From contig JAMDHS010000073.1 of assembly GCA_029717555.1 (NCBI GenBank), positions 62,001 to 105,217 on the forward strand: a stretch of 43,217 nt of DNA, given 5' to 3'. Numbering within the stretch: position 1 is the first letter of the stretch; the number at the start of each line of letters is the position of its first letter. Shown piece after piece: positions 8,784 to 21,922 of this stretch. Made by a program: the position numbers and the translations under genes. This DNA is from Peribolospora baueri. Lineage: Eukaryota. Below the pieces are notes generated by a model, which did not search any database, was not told the origin of the DNA, and saw only the letters and a program-made list of their open reading frames with translations.

Positions 8784-10612
8784 TTACCGCCCCCCTTTCC
8801 ATCGCCCTGCAGCCCGACTTGCACGATCGATTCGCCAGAAGGCGATGCTCTGACAGAGCGTGTAACATGAGTTCGTTAGCCAGTAGATGACGAGGGCCTG
8901 TCATACGAAGGAGAGGCGGATGGACGGACGAGCGGGGAACGAGGCGAGGTGGATAGGGTCACAAACGGAAAGGAGGCCAATGAAAATGGCGGGAGAAAGG
9001 CCCAAGGAGAGTGTAGTCGATGCAGACAAGAAACAGAGTCTGTAAGTGCGCGAAGGAGAACGTTTCAAGTCTTCTTTGCGGCGCCAAAACTGAACTTGAA
9101 ATGGGCGGACTCACGCTGTGGGTCTGCGAGGCGATGGGAATGAAAGCGATGGCCATGAGGCGCATGATGTTCGTCACGATGCGCGACCTCAAGGGTTCGT
9201 CCCGCCTTGCCCTATCTCCTCCCTCCGCTACAGTTCCATCCTTCTTGTCGGACTCCTGACCTCGCCCAGTGGTTGAGACCTTTCTAGCCCCGGCACCCGC
9301 GCCAGCCTCAGCCTCGGATAGAACGACCAGCCTCCTTATCCAAGAACCCAACTCAACGTTTGTGAGCGCAACGAGCCCGAGCGCCAAAGGCGCCATGCCC
9401 GTCGGGTCGACGTCCACCAAAGAGGTGAACGCTTCAGATGCGTCATCCAGAGTAGGCGCCCAGAAGAGCGGCTCTGAGGCGAACGGAGAGGTGGAAACTG
9501 GTGCGGCGGACGTCGTCATTGCGGCCGTCGTTGTTGTTGAGGCAGAGGTTGAGGACAATGAGCTCGCCGATGTTCCACCAGCGCTGAAACCAGGCAAAGA
9601 CGAGCACGCTCTTCTTATGATGAGCGAAAACCCGATGAATAGCGGCACGTTGATGGCCAAGGGCAGGAAAAGTGTGGGGAGAGGCCGACAATTATATAAC
9701 CGAGTCAGGTCGCGGACCTTTTCGCGGTGCTGGACATTGGATTGGCGCGGGTGGAGGAGAGGTGTGAGCGTCTCTCCCGCTTACCGAATCGACACGCCTC
9801 CCCAAAGAGGACCATGGGGACAGACGCTCACGCCGACCACGCTTCCGTCTCAAGCCCATTAGCTTGCTCACCAGTCTCTGCAGTTCCGCCATGAACTCTT
9901 CATAACCCAAACCTTTCTTCCTATATTCCCTGGCTACCCTCCTCCCGGTAACCTCCTTCCAAGCCTTCAGCTCGGGCGCTACCAGTTCCTTCATCCTCCT
10001 CGCCCTCTCGCGTTGCCATATGGTAACGGGGAGGGACAAAGTGCTACGTAGGAGAATAGTTAGAAGGAGGATCGAGATGGTGTGGGAGTAGGCGAGAGAG
10101 GAGAGGACGGGGAGGTGAGTGGGAAGGGAGGCAAAGGCGGAGGCGACGGAGGCGAGAGGGTCGGTGAGGAAGGTGGTGCTTGAATTCAGGTCGGAGAGAG
10201 ATTCGGTGGGAGGAAAAGAAATCTCTCTGGCCTCGATCGAGGGCACATCTGGCGACTCGATGGCACGACCACTCGCCGCAATGTCTTCCTGCGAAGCCGG
10301 CATTCGATCGTAGTCGTCCCTCGACGCCGTCGTCGAGGAAGACGACCTGTCGCTGGCGCTCCATAAAGAAAACGACCTACTGGGAAAAGCACCTCTACCT
10401 CGCGCAAGCCATACTCGTTGCCCCATGAAGCCGGAGCATGTCGTCAGGCTCCTCTTCGTGATGTCCAAACCCGTGAAGGTAGGGGAAGGGAGTGCTGGCG
10501 AGTTCTGAGATCGCACTCGTAACACCCCATGAAGCTGCCTGGAAATGTTCGCAGAGTGCTGGGCTCGTGCTCCCAGAGCTACCAACGCCCTCCGAGCGCG
10601 GGATGCCTCCAT
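8784..10612 (-). CDS. COX18: Oxa1/YidC-family mitochondrial inner-membrane insertase, Cox18-like; exons 10612-9872, 9729-9115, 8897-8784
   Basis: Arg-rich, mostly acid-free presequence-like N-terminus, ILLLTILLRSTLSLPVTIWQ, NVPLFIGFSLIIR, EPLFW, DPTG and ALVIYWLTNSCYTLCQ. The short C-terminal tail (no long Oxa1 ribosome-binding tail) favours Cox18. Confidence 0.82.
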
Positions 10613-10819
10613 GAACGGAGGGAACTGAGCAATGAAAGAGGGAGCAAAAATGAAGAGCGTCGTCGGAAGATACCTTGGGGATGACGTCTCCGAAGAAGTG
10701 TGAGTGCGGAAGAGGGTGATCGGGAGTAAATCACGTGCCTTCTCATCAACGGCGATAACCCATAGCCAATCGACATCTCGTCGGCTCTCGTCGTTGACGA
10801 CCATCGTATCCAAACAAGG

Positions 10820-11985
10820 ATGTCTTTCTTCCTCACCCACCTCGAGTCCGGTGAGTGTGCGCGTGCTTTTAGGTATTCTTTTCAATATATCCGTTCACTG
10901 AAATCTCATGCGCACATGTTTGCAGGTTGGCACGTCGACCAGGCTATCCTCTCCGAGGAGGATAGGGTGGTGATCATCCGGTTTGGACACGACCATGTGA
11001 GTATCCCTTTCTTGTCACAGTATGTCCTTACTTTCCTTGGCCATCTTACCGTGCGCTTATATTTTAATGGATTTTTGTGGGATTTTTTAGGACCCAGAGT
11101 GCATGAAGATGGATGAGACGTTGTACGGTATTCAGGAAAAGGTCAAGAACTTTGCGGTCATTTACGTCACCGACATCACTCAGGTGCCCGATTTCACAAA
11201 AGTGAGTGGATCCGAACACGTTGGGGAAGAGACTCTCCGTTGTAAGGTTGAGTGGATTCGAAGGTATCCTTTCCGCTCCTTGTTCGTAACGTCTCCGGCC
11301 TCATTCGCATCCATCGCCACACTCTGCAGATGTACGAGCTGTACGACAACTGCACAACCATGTTCTTCTACCGGAACAAGCACATCATGATTGACCTGGG
11401 GACGGGAAACAACAACAAGATGTGAGTGCCGCATGGATCACATGCTCTGGGCTCGTCTGACAGCATGATCATCTGTGCTATTTGCTGAGTCTTGGTTCTG
11501 GCTGCCTTCTCTTCTCTTGTCGGTTGACCGCTGTCGTTTTGTAGCAATTGGGCGATAGAAAACAAACAGGAGGTGCGTCTTTCTTATTTTTCTGGCCGAA
11601 TCTCGGCATTTCCCCATAGGTTGTCGTGGAGCACTCACCACGCCTTCCCCCTCCCTGCTTGTATCTTCCCCTTTCACATGTGTTCTCAACTCACAGCTCA
11701 TCGACATCGTAGAGACCGTCTACCGAGGAGCATCAAGAGGTCGAGGTCTAGTCGTGTCTCCAAGAGGTGAGTTCGTCTTCTTTTCCCGTTGTCCATCTCC
11801 TTTGCCGCTATCGTGTTGTGTGTTGGCGGCGAGCCTTTACGAATGCTTCATTCCTTTCTCTGCGGTCGTAGACTACAGCACGCGGTACCGCTACGTGAGC
11901 ATGCCTCGCGTCTCTCCACACCATTCTTCAGAACTGTGGGGGGATCCGACTGACTGCTGTTTCTCACCTCGCCACTTAACAGTGA
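10820..11985 (+). CDS. DIB1: Dib1/Dim1 (U5 snRNP thioredoxin-like protein, TXNL4A ortholog); exons 10820-10850, 10926-10996, 11091-11201, 11330-11421, 11545-11572, 11697-11766, 11872-11894, 11983-11985
   Basis: Spliced product MSFFLTHLESGWHVDQAILSEEDRVVIIRFGHDHDPECMKMDETLY...VPDFTKMYELYD...FFYRNKHIMIDLGTGNNNKINW...ELIDIVETVYRGASRGRGLVVSPRDYSTRYRY*, matching the Dim1 family throughout. Confidence 0.97.
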
Positions 11986-12353
11986 TTGGCACGCTACCTG
12001 CCGTGTACCGATTGTACGCTACCGTTTTCCAATTGTACAACATGCTTTTACACAACTCGCCTGCTTTCCTTCATCTACTTTTGACCGCCCACTGGCAAGC
12101 ACAAGCTTTCTTGTCAAATCATCTGGGAACTCGAAAGCCTTCGAATGATTATCAATTCGCCCCCGATCTAAATGGCCGAGTGCATGCGTCTCAAAAGAAT
12201 CAGAAGGGCAGATGACAGAGGAAAAGGTCGGTGCGATATAAATAGCACATGTAGGTTGAATGCGAACTGGTTCCGGGGTATAGAACATGGTAGTAGACCA
12301 GGTAGCGCTGGAAGAACAATATCCGGAGAAAACCATAGAACGCAAACTGGCCT

Positions 12354-15300
12354 CTACGACTTGGCGGATTCTTGTGGCTTGAGCGCTCCGAGGACGCCAA
12401 CGACAGGCCCACCTTCCTCGGCCTCCCTCATCCTCGACATCTCCTCGTCCGCCCTGCGCAAGCTCTCGTTCACCTCACGCTCGTCTCGCTTGGCCGCCCT
12501 GAGTCGGATGGCTGACCGGAGGGCGTCGGCATACGACTGGAACTTGATCATCTCGGAGAGTAGGTGCTGCGATTTTCGCTCCCAGTTGGCCAGAGATTTG
12601 GCAGCGTTGCTCGAGCGCGGGGAGTACTGGAGACATCAATGCGTGCGCGCAGGGAAAGAAACCGCCGCGCGAAGACAGTCGATCAGCTTGATTGATGCAA
12701 CAAGGAAAAGCGCCATGTGCAGACAGGGCCAAAAGGAAGCTCGAGGCACACAACGACGACTCACTAGCTGCATTATGGGCATGCGCAGTTCGTTGTGCTC
12801 CGCTAAATCGGCTTCCAAACGCGCGACATGCTTGACACACCGGGTGAGCTGCCCTTCCTCTCCGAGTGTGCTGGCCACTGTCGGCGGCTGAGGCGCCTTC
12901 CATTCGTTGATGAATAGCCGATCGTTGGCGTTCGACGAGCCGAGCAAAACGGATCCAGAGGTCATCATGGAAGCTGTCTCGGACCACTTCTGGGGACCCG
13001 GCGGAGGGACGCCAGGTCCTCCTCGAGAGCCGCCTTTGCTGCTCTTGCCGCTGCGCATGCTGAATGTGTCGCTCGCGCGGGGCGTCTCGTCCACGTCGGC
13101 TAACGAATCGCTCCCATCCATGGGTAGCACCTTGTTCCATCCGTACTCCATGTTGGAAACGCCGCCAGGAAGAGGCTCTCGGCTCTGACGCGCCGCCCAG
13201 TAGTTGCACGTCTGCACCCACTCATTCACCAGATCTTCCGTGCCGGTTTGGAAGAAATAAACGGCACCGCTAGCGAGCGTCAGCGCGAAGACGTGAGGAC
13301 GTTGACGATTGTAACCGGGCGGCGGCAAGGCGTTGGAGAGCGAGTGAGCTAACTCGAATTCGCCCATGGACTTAGCGGTCGACTGCGAAGGAAAGAGCGA
13401 CGAGGGAGCAAACAGCAAGGAGCTTCAGCCCTGCTTGCCCAGAAAACGCTTGCCTGCAGCGGCGAACTCACCAGCCAGTTTCCGCCACCGACACCGCTTC
13501 CGCCGCTGCGAGAATCAGCGTGCCCAGCGTCGCCGAACCTGAACATGCTCATCTTGCCCTTGGACACGACGACAAACAGCTCGACCCACGCTTTGTCCCT
13601 TGCGCGTTTATTCGGAACCTCCCAATAATGCTTGCGAGTCAACACGCCCTCCTTTGCCCACGGCGGACCATATAGAGCCAGGCGCTCGTCGTCAGTCCCG
13701 CTGTCGTCCGAGGACATGCTCCGCGTCTCATCGTCCTGCTCTTTTATAATCGTCTGCGACAGATTGCTAGCAAAGCCGATGGTACCAGACTGAGTGGGCG
13801 ACATGCCGGAAATGGACGTCTGAGGCGTCTGCAGGAAGCTCTGGAGGACAGACAACAAAGGCATTGAATGAGATCAAGCAGGGATCTCCGACAAATGAGC
13901 AATTATCCGGAATGCTATGCTCACCTCAGCCTGAGTCCAGGAGGTAGACGTGCTCGGGGTGGGACTGACTCGTCCATCGCTCGTGAGACTGCTCGAAGTG
14001 CTCGGATTGCTACCGCCGAGCAAGGTCTGGATGCCGCGGATGCTGCCACGTTTGAGTGCGGCGACGCGGTCCGAGCTGGTCGTCATCGTCGACCGAGGAC
14101 CGCGGGTGCGATTTGGCGAGAAGCCGGGACTGAGGCTGCCTTGATGACGAAACTGCGGGCCAGCACCGGTTGTATTGTCACCCAACATGGGCAGCTGAAT
14201 CTGGCTGCTCTTGACCGCATTGAAGATGTCTTTCAACAGGATTTCGATCTCGTTATCCCACTGCTTGTCGGACGATTTGAGCGACACATTGGAGATGCTG
14301 CCCGCTTTGCCCGCGTGACCGAGACCGCCTTTGCCGCCCAAACGACCGGGACTGCTTTGGTTCACGTCTTCGGCGGAAGCGACGTGCAGATTCGAAGTTG
14401 AACCGGGCTGGGATTCCCTCACCAAGCTGGTCGAGCTCTGTAAACTGCCGCTCCGATGAGTGCGTACTCGTGCGCCGCTGTGGCCGTGCCGGTCTTGACC
14501 ATACTCGAATCCGCTATACGTGCTTGCGGCGTCATCGCCCGTCAAGTCGACCGAGCTCTCCTCCTCGGGCGGTAAGTTGCGCTGCTCGTGGATGGCGGAC
14601 ATCGTGTTTCGAACGAACTGCCCTCGTGTCATGCGCTTCTCAATGTCGGCAATGTGAAGATCGGTGTTGAGGAGGAGAACAGAGAAAATGATGGCGTGCA
14701 CGACGTCGGAGCTGCCATAGACGGAGCCACGATTGCAGTTCCAGTAACGACGGCTAAAGGCGTCGAGGATTCGGTCTACTTGCTGTGTCTCGGCCTTGAG
14801 GTAAAGTTTGGCGCACATCTTGCGGAACGCCTCGTCGACTCGCATGCCGCTGAAGTCGAGGAACGAGAAGTAGTGACGGCGAGCTGCCCGGTTCAAGCGG
14901 CCTACGCCGCCCAGCCACTCTGCAATCTTCTCTTTCTTCAGGAACGCTTCCTCCTCGTCCCAGGCCTTTTTGGCGAGCTCCTTGGCTTTCTCCTCCGTCT
15001 CTTCGTCCACGCCCGCTGAAGAATCCCCTCCCGTCCCTCCCACCGAGCTGCCCACCAAGCTGCCCACCTCCGAGTTGCTCTGCGCCTTGCGAAGGCTCGC
15101 TTGCGAGCTCACAGGTGGGGGCAAACTCCCTCCGCCTGCGCCTCCTACTGACGAGTTGCCGCCGAACGAGTTCATCGAAGTGCGTGATGATCGACGTTCG
15201 ACCAGGGGCGTGCGCATGAAAGAGGGTGACGACGATGCCGCGCCAGGCGACGCCTCCCGAGAGGCTGCGTTGGCCGCCGCCGTCGCTGCTGTGGTGCGGG

Positions 15301-18300
15301 AGGTTGGAATGAAAGGCAATGGACCCAGAGTAGAAGCGTCACGCGCGTGGTGGCTCTGACGTTGCGGTTCTCCAGACGGCGATGACGACGGCATCGGGCA
15401 CTTGGTGGCAACGCCGGCCGTCGAGCCCGCACGGGACGAGCTCCTAGACACGCCTCCAGAACCGCCCCCACCGGGCGTTGGGCTCACCTGTCCTCCGTTG
15501 CCTATAGATACGAGCGACGAAGACATATCAACCAAGCTTTCCGAATTTGGCACGAGACGGATGGACTGCTCCGGAGGGACGATGTACGAGTCCTCGCTGC
15601 TCGCCTGATCCATCTCCCTTTCCGCGTCGCCACTGCTCAGCTCGGCATTCCCAGGACGCGGGCTAGGGGCAGGTGAAACGCCGCGAAGGGGGGTGCTGAA
15701 TCCACTTCTGCTTCCACTATGTTGACGAGCGCTGCGGAAGCCGGTCATCGTGTTGGCAGACGCAGGCTGGAAGCCCCCCTCAGCGGTGGTGGCGGCGGCG
15801 ACGCCCGCATCTAGGAACACCTCTTGCGCGTCGCGCCCCTCTTGCTCTTTTCCGGTCGCTGTTTTCGTGGCGGCGCCCGGGCTGCGTGGCGACGCGCGCT
15901 CTTTTAGCGGCGAAGAGGCCTCGACGATGGGGCCGCTCGAGCTTCGGGACTGGGGCGCCAGACTGGAAGAACCAGAGGAGTCGCGACGAGAGACGTCGCC
16001 GGCAGGTGATCGAGGGAAGGTGGACACGACTGGCGAGCTCGAGATTCTCGGCGGAGGGACGACCGGAGGATGAACCGGAGAAGCAAGGGGGTGCTGCGGC
16101 TTCGAAGAGGCAGGCATGTTCGTCGGCGCCGAGGAGGCTAGCGGCGGACGTTGAGGTTTCCCACGTCGCTTGCCTGCTGCGACATCGTCGGCGGCGTGAT
16201 CAGGACGTTTCTGACCTTCGGGAGTGGTAACTGTCATCTGCATCTGTCCCCCTCCCGCCGATGGGGCAGACTTCTCCTCATCCCAAAGGCTTGAACGAAT
16301 GCCTAGTCCAAAACCAGTGCTAGCGGTGGTGGGTATGCTGATCTGCGGTGCGCATTCGCTCACCGGGGAAGTACTAGCCGCGCTTGGGAAAGTACTAACC
16401 GCGCTCGGCTTGCGGCCGTCCCTGCTACCGCCGGCGCGACGCACCTTGATGGCCGAAGAGGCGCTTGCATTCCGGTTGCTTCCTTTACCCTTGTCGCGTG
16501 AGGCCAAGGGGGTCGCCCCTGGGGGAGCGTGCTCGGGCTGCGCACCGAAATTGTCTAAAAAGCCGCCTAGGGTGCTGCCCTCCTGTCTCCGGAGAGCGCC
16601 ATCCAGGTCCATTTCCCAATCGGCGAGGGCGCGTCTGATGCTATCGTCGTCACTGCTCTTCCCCACCGTGCCGGTGCTGCCCATGTGCCTGCGTCGCTCC
16701 GACTGATTATGACCATCGTGCGGTCGGACCGGTGAAGGACGGGAAAGCTGGCCAGGGGAGGGGGAGGAACCACCGGCGGTGGCAGGAGAGCCTTGCGAGG
16801 GTGACGAGCTATCGGTACCAGCAATGGAACTGGGCGCCATAGGACTCAGACGGGTATGTTCGCCTACCTGGCGAGGTGGCGGTGTACTAAGCGACGGCGA
16901 CTGACCAGGTCTGTGCAGTGGCGCCGGGATGGTGCCTCCGCGCGAATCGGCGAAGCTCTTCGTCGGACGCAATATCGGATTCGATCCTCCTACGCGGGGA
17001 GAGGAGGCGGTCGAAGGACTGGAAGTGGGGGACTGGGAGCTGACCAAAGAGGGTCTTTCCTCGTCCGCCCAACGGCCGGGGATGCTGGCCTCGCTGGAGG
17101 GGTCCGAAGCCTTTCCGGCCACTCCGCCGGGGCGGTTGGAGGCTGCTGCGAACTGTGAAGGCATAGCGGGAACGGGCGGTTGATTCTCGAGGACAACGTG
17201 TCGATGCATACTGTAGATCGGCGTGAGCGGACCACCGAGAGCGACATCGCCCGTGTCCCCCCCGGCCACGCCCACACCGCCGGCGATGGCGCCGGCGTCC
17301 GGGCTGGGCTGACTCTTGGTCGAAGCAGAGCGCTGCCTCCGCCCTCCTCCCATGCCGCCCACGTCCGAGGTTCTGCTGCCCACGCTCGCGCCGCGCGGCC
17401 TGGATGAGGGGTGGCCTTTGCCGATGGCGACGCTCGAATGCCCTTTGTCCTTTTCCGTGTCCTTGTCTTTGTCCTTGCCACCGCCCGTGTTAGTGCTGGA
17501 GGACGAAAGGGCGACGAGTCCATCCTTTTTCTTGCGAAAGAAGCCACTAGTCTTCTTCATCCTGTCGCGAATGCTTTTGTACCCACCGCCACCTCCTCCG
17601 TTCGTCGTCGTGCGGGTGCTGACGGCGGTGTGAGTGGAGGCGGTGGGACTTGGCGACGGCTGCGGCTGTTCGTAGGGGTCCTTGTTGACGAAAGTCACAG
17701 CGGATGTCTTGTCGTTAGCACTCTTGCGGACGCCGTCGGAGAACCCTTTCTCGTACCCCTCGCTGGCGGTGGCGAAGACGACGTTCGCCTCGGCCGTCCC
17801 ATCACTGCCCTCTTTAGCTCTAGCCGTATCGTTGGTACTGCTAGCGGTACGATAGAGGGTCAAGACGTGGCTCGCATCCGAAATTGCCGCCGAAGCCCTC
17901 TTTCCCACATCGCCGCCGCCGTTGCCGGCGCTTTGAGGACGCTGGTGAGAAGGAAAGAGGGCAGTGGACACAAAGGAGGGAGAAGAGCCACCTCCAGCGC
18001 CTGAGCCAGCATTGGCGGACGACAACGCGGAGGAGAAAGTAGCGGTCGTGCCGGTGGTGCCCGTCGAAATAGGTCTGCCAGGCTTCTCGCTGGGTGGCGG
18101 TGGCTCGGGAGGGGCGGCACCTCCGCTGGCTGAGGAGGAGATGGAGGTGGAAGACATGGATGCCATTCCAGTCCAGCCTGCCCCAGCACCGACACTTTGC
18201 GTTCCCTTCCCTTGCCCTTGCCCTTGCAGTTCGGGCGTGTTGCCAGACATGGAGCTAAGCATCCCCCCCGCAGATGCCGCAGACGCAGAGCTAGTCCAGC

Positions 18301-20098
18301 CAATCTCCGTACTCCCATCAGTACGCGACATGCCAAGCGCAGGGTCGGAAGTGACGCCAGAGGAAGAGGAAGGGGAAGCGCGGAGGGCGTCGAGCACGAG
18401 CTGGTTCTTATAGACCGGCGCGCTCTGTTGGCCTTGTTGAGCTGTGGCGACCGAGGAAGTAGAAGAGCTTGTCGCGGGTCGTGGCTGGAGGACGGGAGTG
18501 CCTCCTCCTTCGCTCGCACCTTCTCGGGAATGGCGAACGAGGAGGCGACGATGTGTCCCTTCCTTGTCATCCTCCACCCATCCCACACCGCCATCGACTC
18601 CATCGCTACCGCGAGAAAAAGGCCTCCCCGTCCGCCCTCTCCAGTCGCCCGAACCGGCAGCCGAAGCGGTAGGTGTCCTGTCCCGGTCGCGGTGGAAATC
18701 GATCTGCGCATCCGTTGATTCCGCGTCACTTCTGCTACGGTTCTTCCCATCCATGTACTTGAAGGCGGAAGAGGAACCGCCCGAAGCGATGCCGGACATC
18801 CTCGAGCGAGCCGCGCGCGCCAAGCTCCGAAGGTCCGAGCTGGCCGACGCGTTATCGACACCCCCAGAGCTACTACCGTTGGTATTGATGAAACTCTTGC
18901 GCTTACCTCCGCCGCTCGCTCCGCCGCTGCCGGAAGCGGACATCGTCCCTTGCACACCCGAGCCGGTCACAGCGGCGCCCGCTGGGGACGAGCCGATGCT
19001 CGACTCGACAGCGTCATAGAAGGTGGCGGCCGTATGGAACGTGTCGTGTCCGAGTACGGAGCTGCTCGAACCAGCTCTGGAGGGGCCGGACTGGGGCGTG
19101 CCAAAGCTGGGAGCAGAAGAGGTGGAGGCAGCTGAGACGAGAGAGATGGGTGAATTGGGCGTGGGCGCGCGGGCTGGTGGGGTGGAGGCGGAGGTAGTGG
19201 TTGAAGAGAAGGGGGCAGCGGGCCGCGAACGGGAGTTGGGTTGGCGACGTTGCGGAGGGGACGGGGAAGAAATGCCCACACCTCCGGAGAAAGACAAGAG
19301 GCCGACACTGCCGTTGTCCCAGATCGAGGTGCCGGAGCCAGACGGCGTGGGAGGGAGGACACGTGTGGAAGGCTTCCTTCGGACGCCGGCGACGTCGTCG
19401 TCGCTAACGGTGCCCTCGGAGGCGTCATAAACGTCCTCGAACGTGTCTTCCTCGTCCTCTTCGCTCCCGTCATCTATGCTTCCCGTCAACCTGCTCCTCG
19501 ACCTATCCAACACCACTCTCCCTCCTGTCCCGGTACCTCCCTGGTCCCCAGGGGACTTGGATGCGACTGACCTGAGAAGACTCAGCCTCGCCCCATTGCC
19601 GCCGCTCCCACCCGCAGAACTGCTCCCACCTGCCGCGACACGGGCGGACCACATCCTCTCCCTCTCCCTGTCCGCCTCATCCCTTGCGATATCAGGGCTC
19701 TCCTTGAGGACATACGTCTCATCGCTCGCCAGGAGCGCCTCGAAGGACTTGCCTATGCGCGTACTCTGGCGGCGGCCGAGGAATTGTTTGGATCTGGACG
19801 CGTCTCCAACGATGCTGGAGCGGGACATGGTTGAGAGGGTGTGGGAGCCGTGAGAGGCATTGGTGTACTCGGACGAGGAGACGGACGTAGGCGAAGTAGG
19901 CGAGGGCGGCACTGGGACGGTGCTTGAGGAAGATGCGATGCCTTCGCCGGTGGCCGGAGGCAACGAAGGGCCGAGAGAAGGAGAAAGCATGCCAGGACTG
20001 CTTCCTGGGCCATATTCGGCGCCAGCGGGACTTCGGCTTGCCCAGCGCGAAGTGTCATCACCTGAACCAGCGTGGCGAGAGGCAAAGAAGCCGGTCAT
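12354..20098 (-). CDS. Large Arf guanine-nucleotide exchange factor with Sec7 and PH domains (Syt1/Yel1/EFA6-like), about 2480 aa; exons 20098-13925, 13840-13472, 13382-12765, 12626-12354
   Basis: Sec7 domain with glutamic-finger motif LYLKAETQQVDRILDAF and FSVLLLNTDLH. PH domain GPPWAKEG...HSLSNALPPPGYNRQRPHVFALTL...EWVQTCNYWAAR. Also EPLPGGVSNMEYGW and a C-terminal NWERKSQHLL coiled segment. The start ATG is inferred. Confidence 0.88.
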
Positions 20099-21922
20099 GG
20101 TGGGCGAGGGCGGAACGGAGCTGACGAGAAGGAAGGAAGAGGGGGGAAAAGAAGCGGATGTGGGCGTGCAAAGGAGCGGACGAGGCGGCCTAGAGGGCGA
20201 CTCGAAGGCGCGCCTGGTGCTGAGTCGTGTGGTCGTCGCCGGATTTCGACGGCAGACCAAGCTTCGCTGGCGGCCTTTCCAGCGTTTATAGTGGAGGCGC
20301 CTGACAAGCAAAATCAAAAAGCCCAAAAAGAAAGGTAGGAAGAGGAGATGGGATTGGGAAAGGAGCGACAGGGATGGCGAAAAGAGCGGGAGGGGAAGGA
20401 AGAGGCGAGAAATGACGGTAAGAATGCGTTCAAGAGCGTCAGACAAAGGAAAATCGAACGTCGTGGGCATAACAAATGGGCTAAGACGAGCGCGCTGACG
20501 GAGGGTCGAGATGGCCAAGAAGAGGTGGAGAAAGGAGAGAAGGGATACGAAGACGGTTCTGCGACACCGTCCCTTAAAGCTCACCTCGACCTTCCCTCTC
20601 CGGCTCGTTATGAGTACGTGTAGGATGTGATGGCTCGAGATGTGCGACCGCCGTTGGCGATGGACGAGCGGTTGCAGGAATAAATGCGCGAATGCGCGGG
20701 GGTGTGACTAACCAGAGCGAACGGCTATGTCGTGTGTGTGAATGCGAAGCTGGCCGAGGTGGTTGTGAGGGCGCAAGCGCGGGAAGTAGGCGTCCGTCTG
20801 TCGATCTGCGTCTAGGTGTCGAACGGGCTGCGACGTAGCCTGGGACCGTAGACGTGAAAGAAGAAAAGGTGGCTGGTTGGGGGTGGAGGATAAGGGTATC
20901 GATGGCCAAGTTGGCGGCGATGGAGAAAGCGAGCGATATGGAAAAGAAGAGGAAGGGAGAACGAGGAGATGGAGACGGAGACGGGGGTGGATGGGGAGAC
21001 GAGAGGACGAAGGAGAATACGAATACGATTTGCCGTCGTTGTCGTTGTCGTCGTCGTCGTCGTTGCGGTCGCCGTCGTTGAGCGTGACGAGGGTAGAATG
21101 AATGCGCCTCCGGTGATCGCAAGCGTCCAAGCCGAACTGCTGCTGCTCGTCGGTGTCGTGCCTGCTTGCCTTCCTGCTTGCCTTGTTGCCTGCCCTGACT
21201 GCCTGCTTGTTTTTTCTAGTCGTCGTCGTCTCTCGCCGTTGCGTTCTCGCCGCCCTGATCGTCGTCGTCGTCGTCGTCGTTGTTGTTGCCGTCGTTGGCG
21301 GTCGTGTCAAGCCAACCTTTCCTTCCCCTCTTCCTTCTCCTCCCCCTTCCCCATTCCCCTTCCCCTCCTGCGCCCACACGTCCGAACCAAGCAAGCTTAA
21401 GCCTCGCCCACCGCCCGTTCCTCATCGCTGATTGGTCAGGCCGCCCATTTTGGATCGTTTGGATCCACATGTCCACGCGGGCCTCTGCCGCAGTCACGTC
21501 CCTCGGTGTGGTACTCGCGTAGTGTGTACTGCTTATACTTGGAAGACGCCGTGAGCTGGCTGACGTCGCGATCACCGACAAACACCTTGAGTCGTCCCTC
21601 GCGTCGCCTATCAAGTCCCATTCACTGCTGCGATCTGAGCAGCGCTTCCCTCCGTCTCGTCTGGCTTCCCACCGGACCGATTACTTTGGCGTGTGAGTGA
21701 GTTGGAACGAACGAAAAGAAGGGAGGGCGAGAGTAGAGCGAGCTGCGCTGCTGGCGCGCGCCGATCAGCTCACCATTCGTCCGTCCCCTCGCCTCTCGTG
21801 CCTCAGCGTAAAGTAGACCAGCTCCGCGGACGGAAGGGGCTTCCCATTCGTCTTCGCCACCTCTTGGAAGGCACAGCGAGGGAAACGAAACGGAACTTGG
21901 TCGCTATCCCTCTCTTTCGACC

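Noticed and set aside
10613..10885. N-terminal extension of the 397-aa ORF overlapping DIB1
   Set aside because: The presequence-like segment begins at ATG 10612, and the extension runs through the promoter into the opposite gene.
11422..11490. C/D snoRNA-like CTGA...ATGATC...CTGA in DIB1 intron 4
   Set aside because: No proper C box, it abuts the 5' splice site, and I could not recognise a guide target.
20099..20584. Hydrophobic 'TM' N-terminus of the 2236-aa ORF
   Set aside because: It starts at a GTG that coincides with a splice donor, and the Leu/Phe/Ser content reflects pyrimidine tracts.
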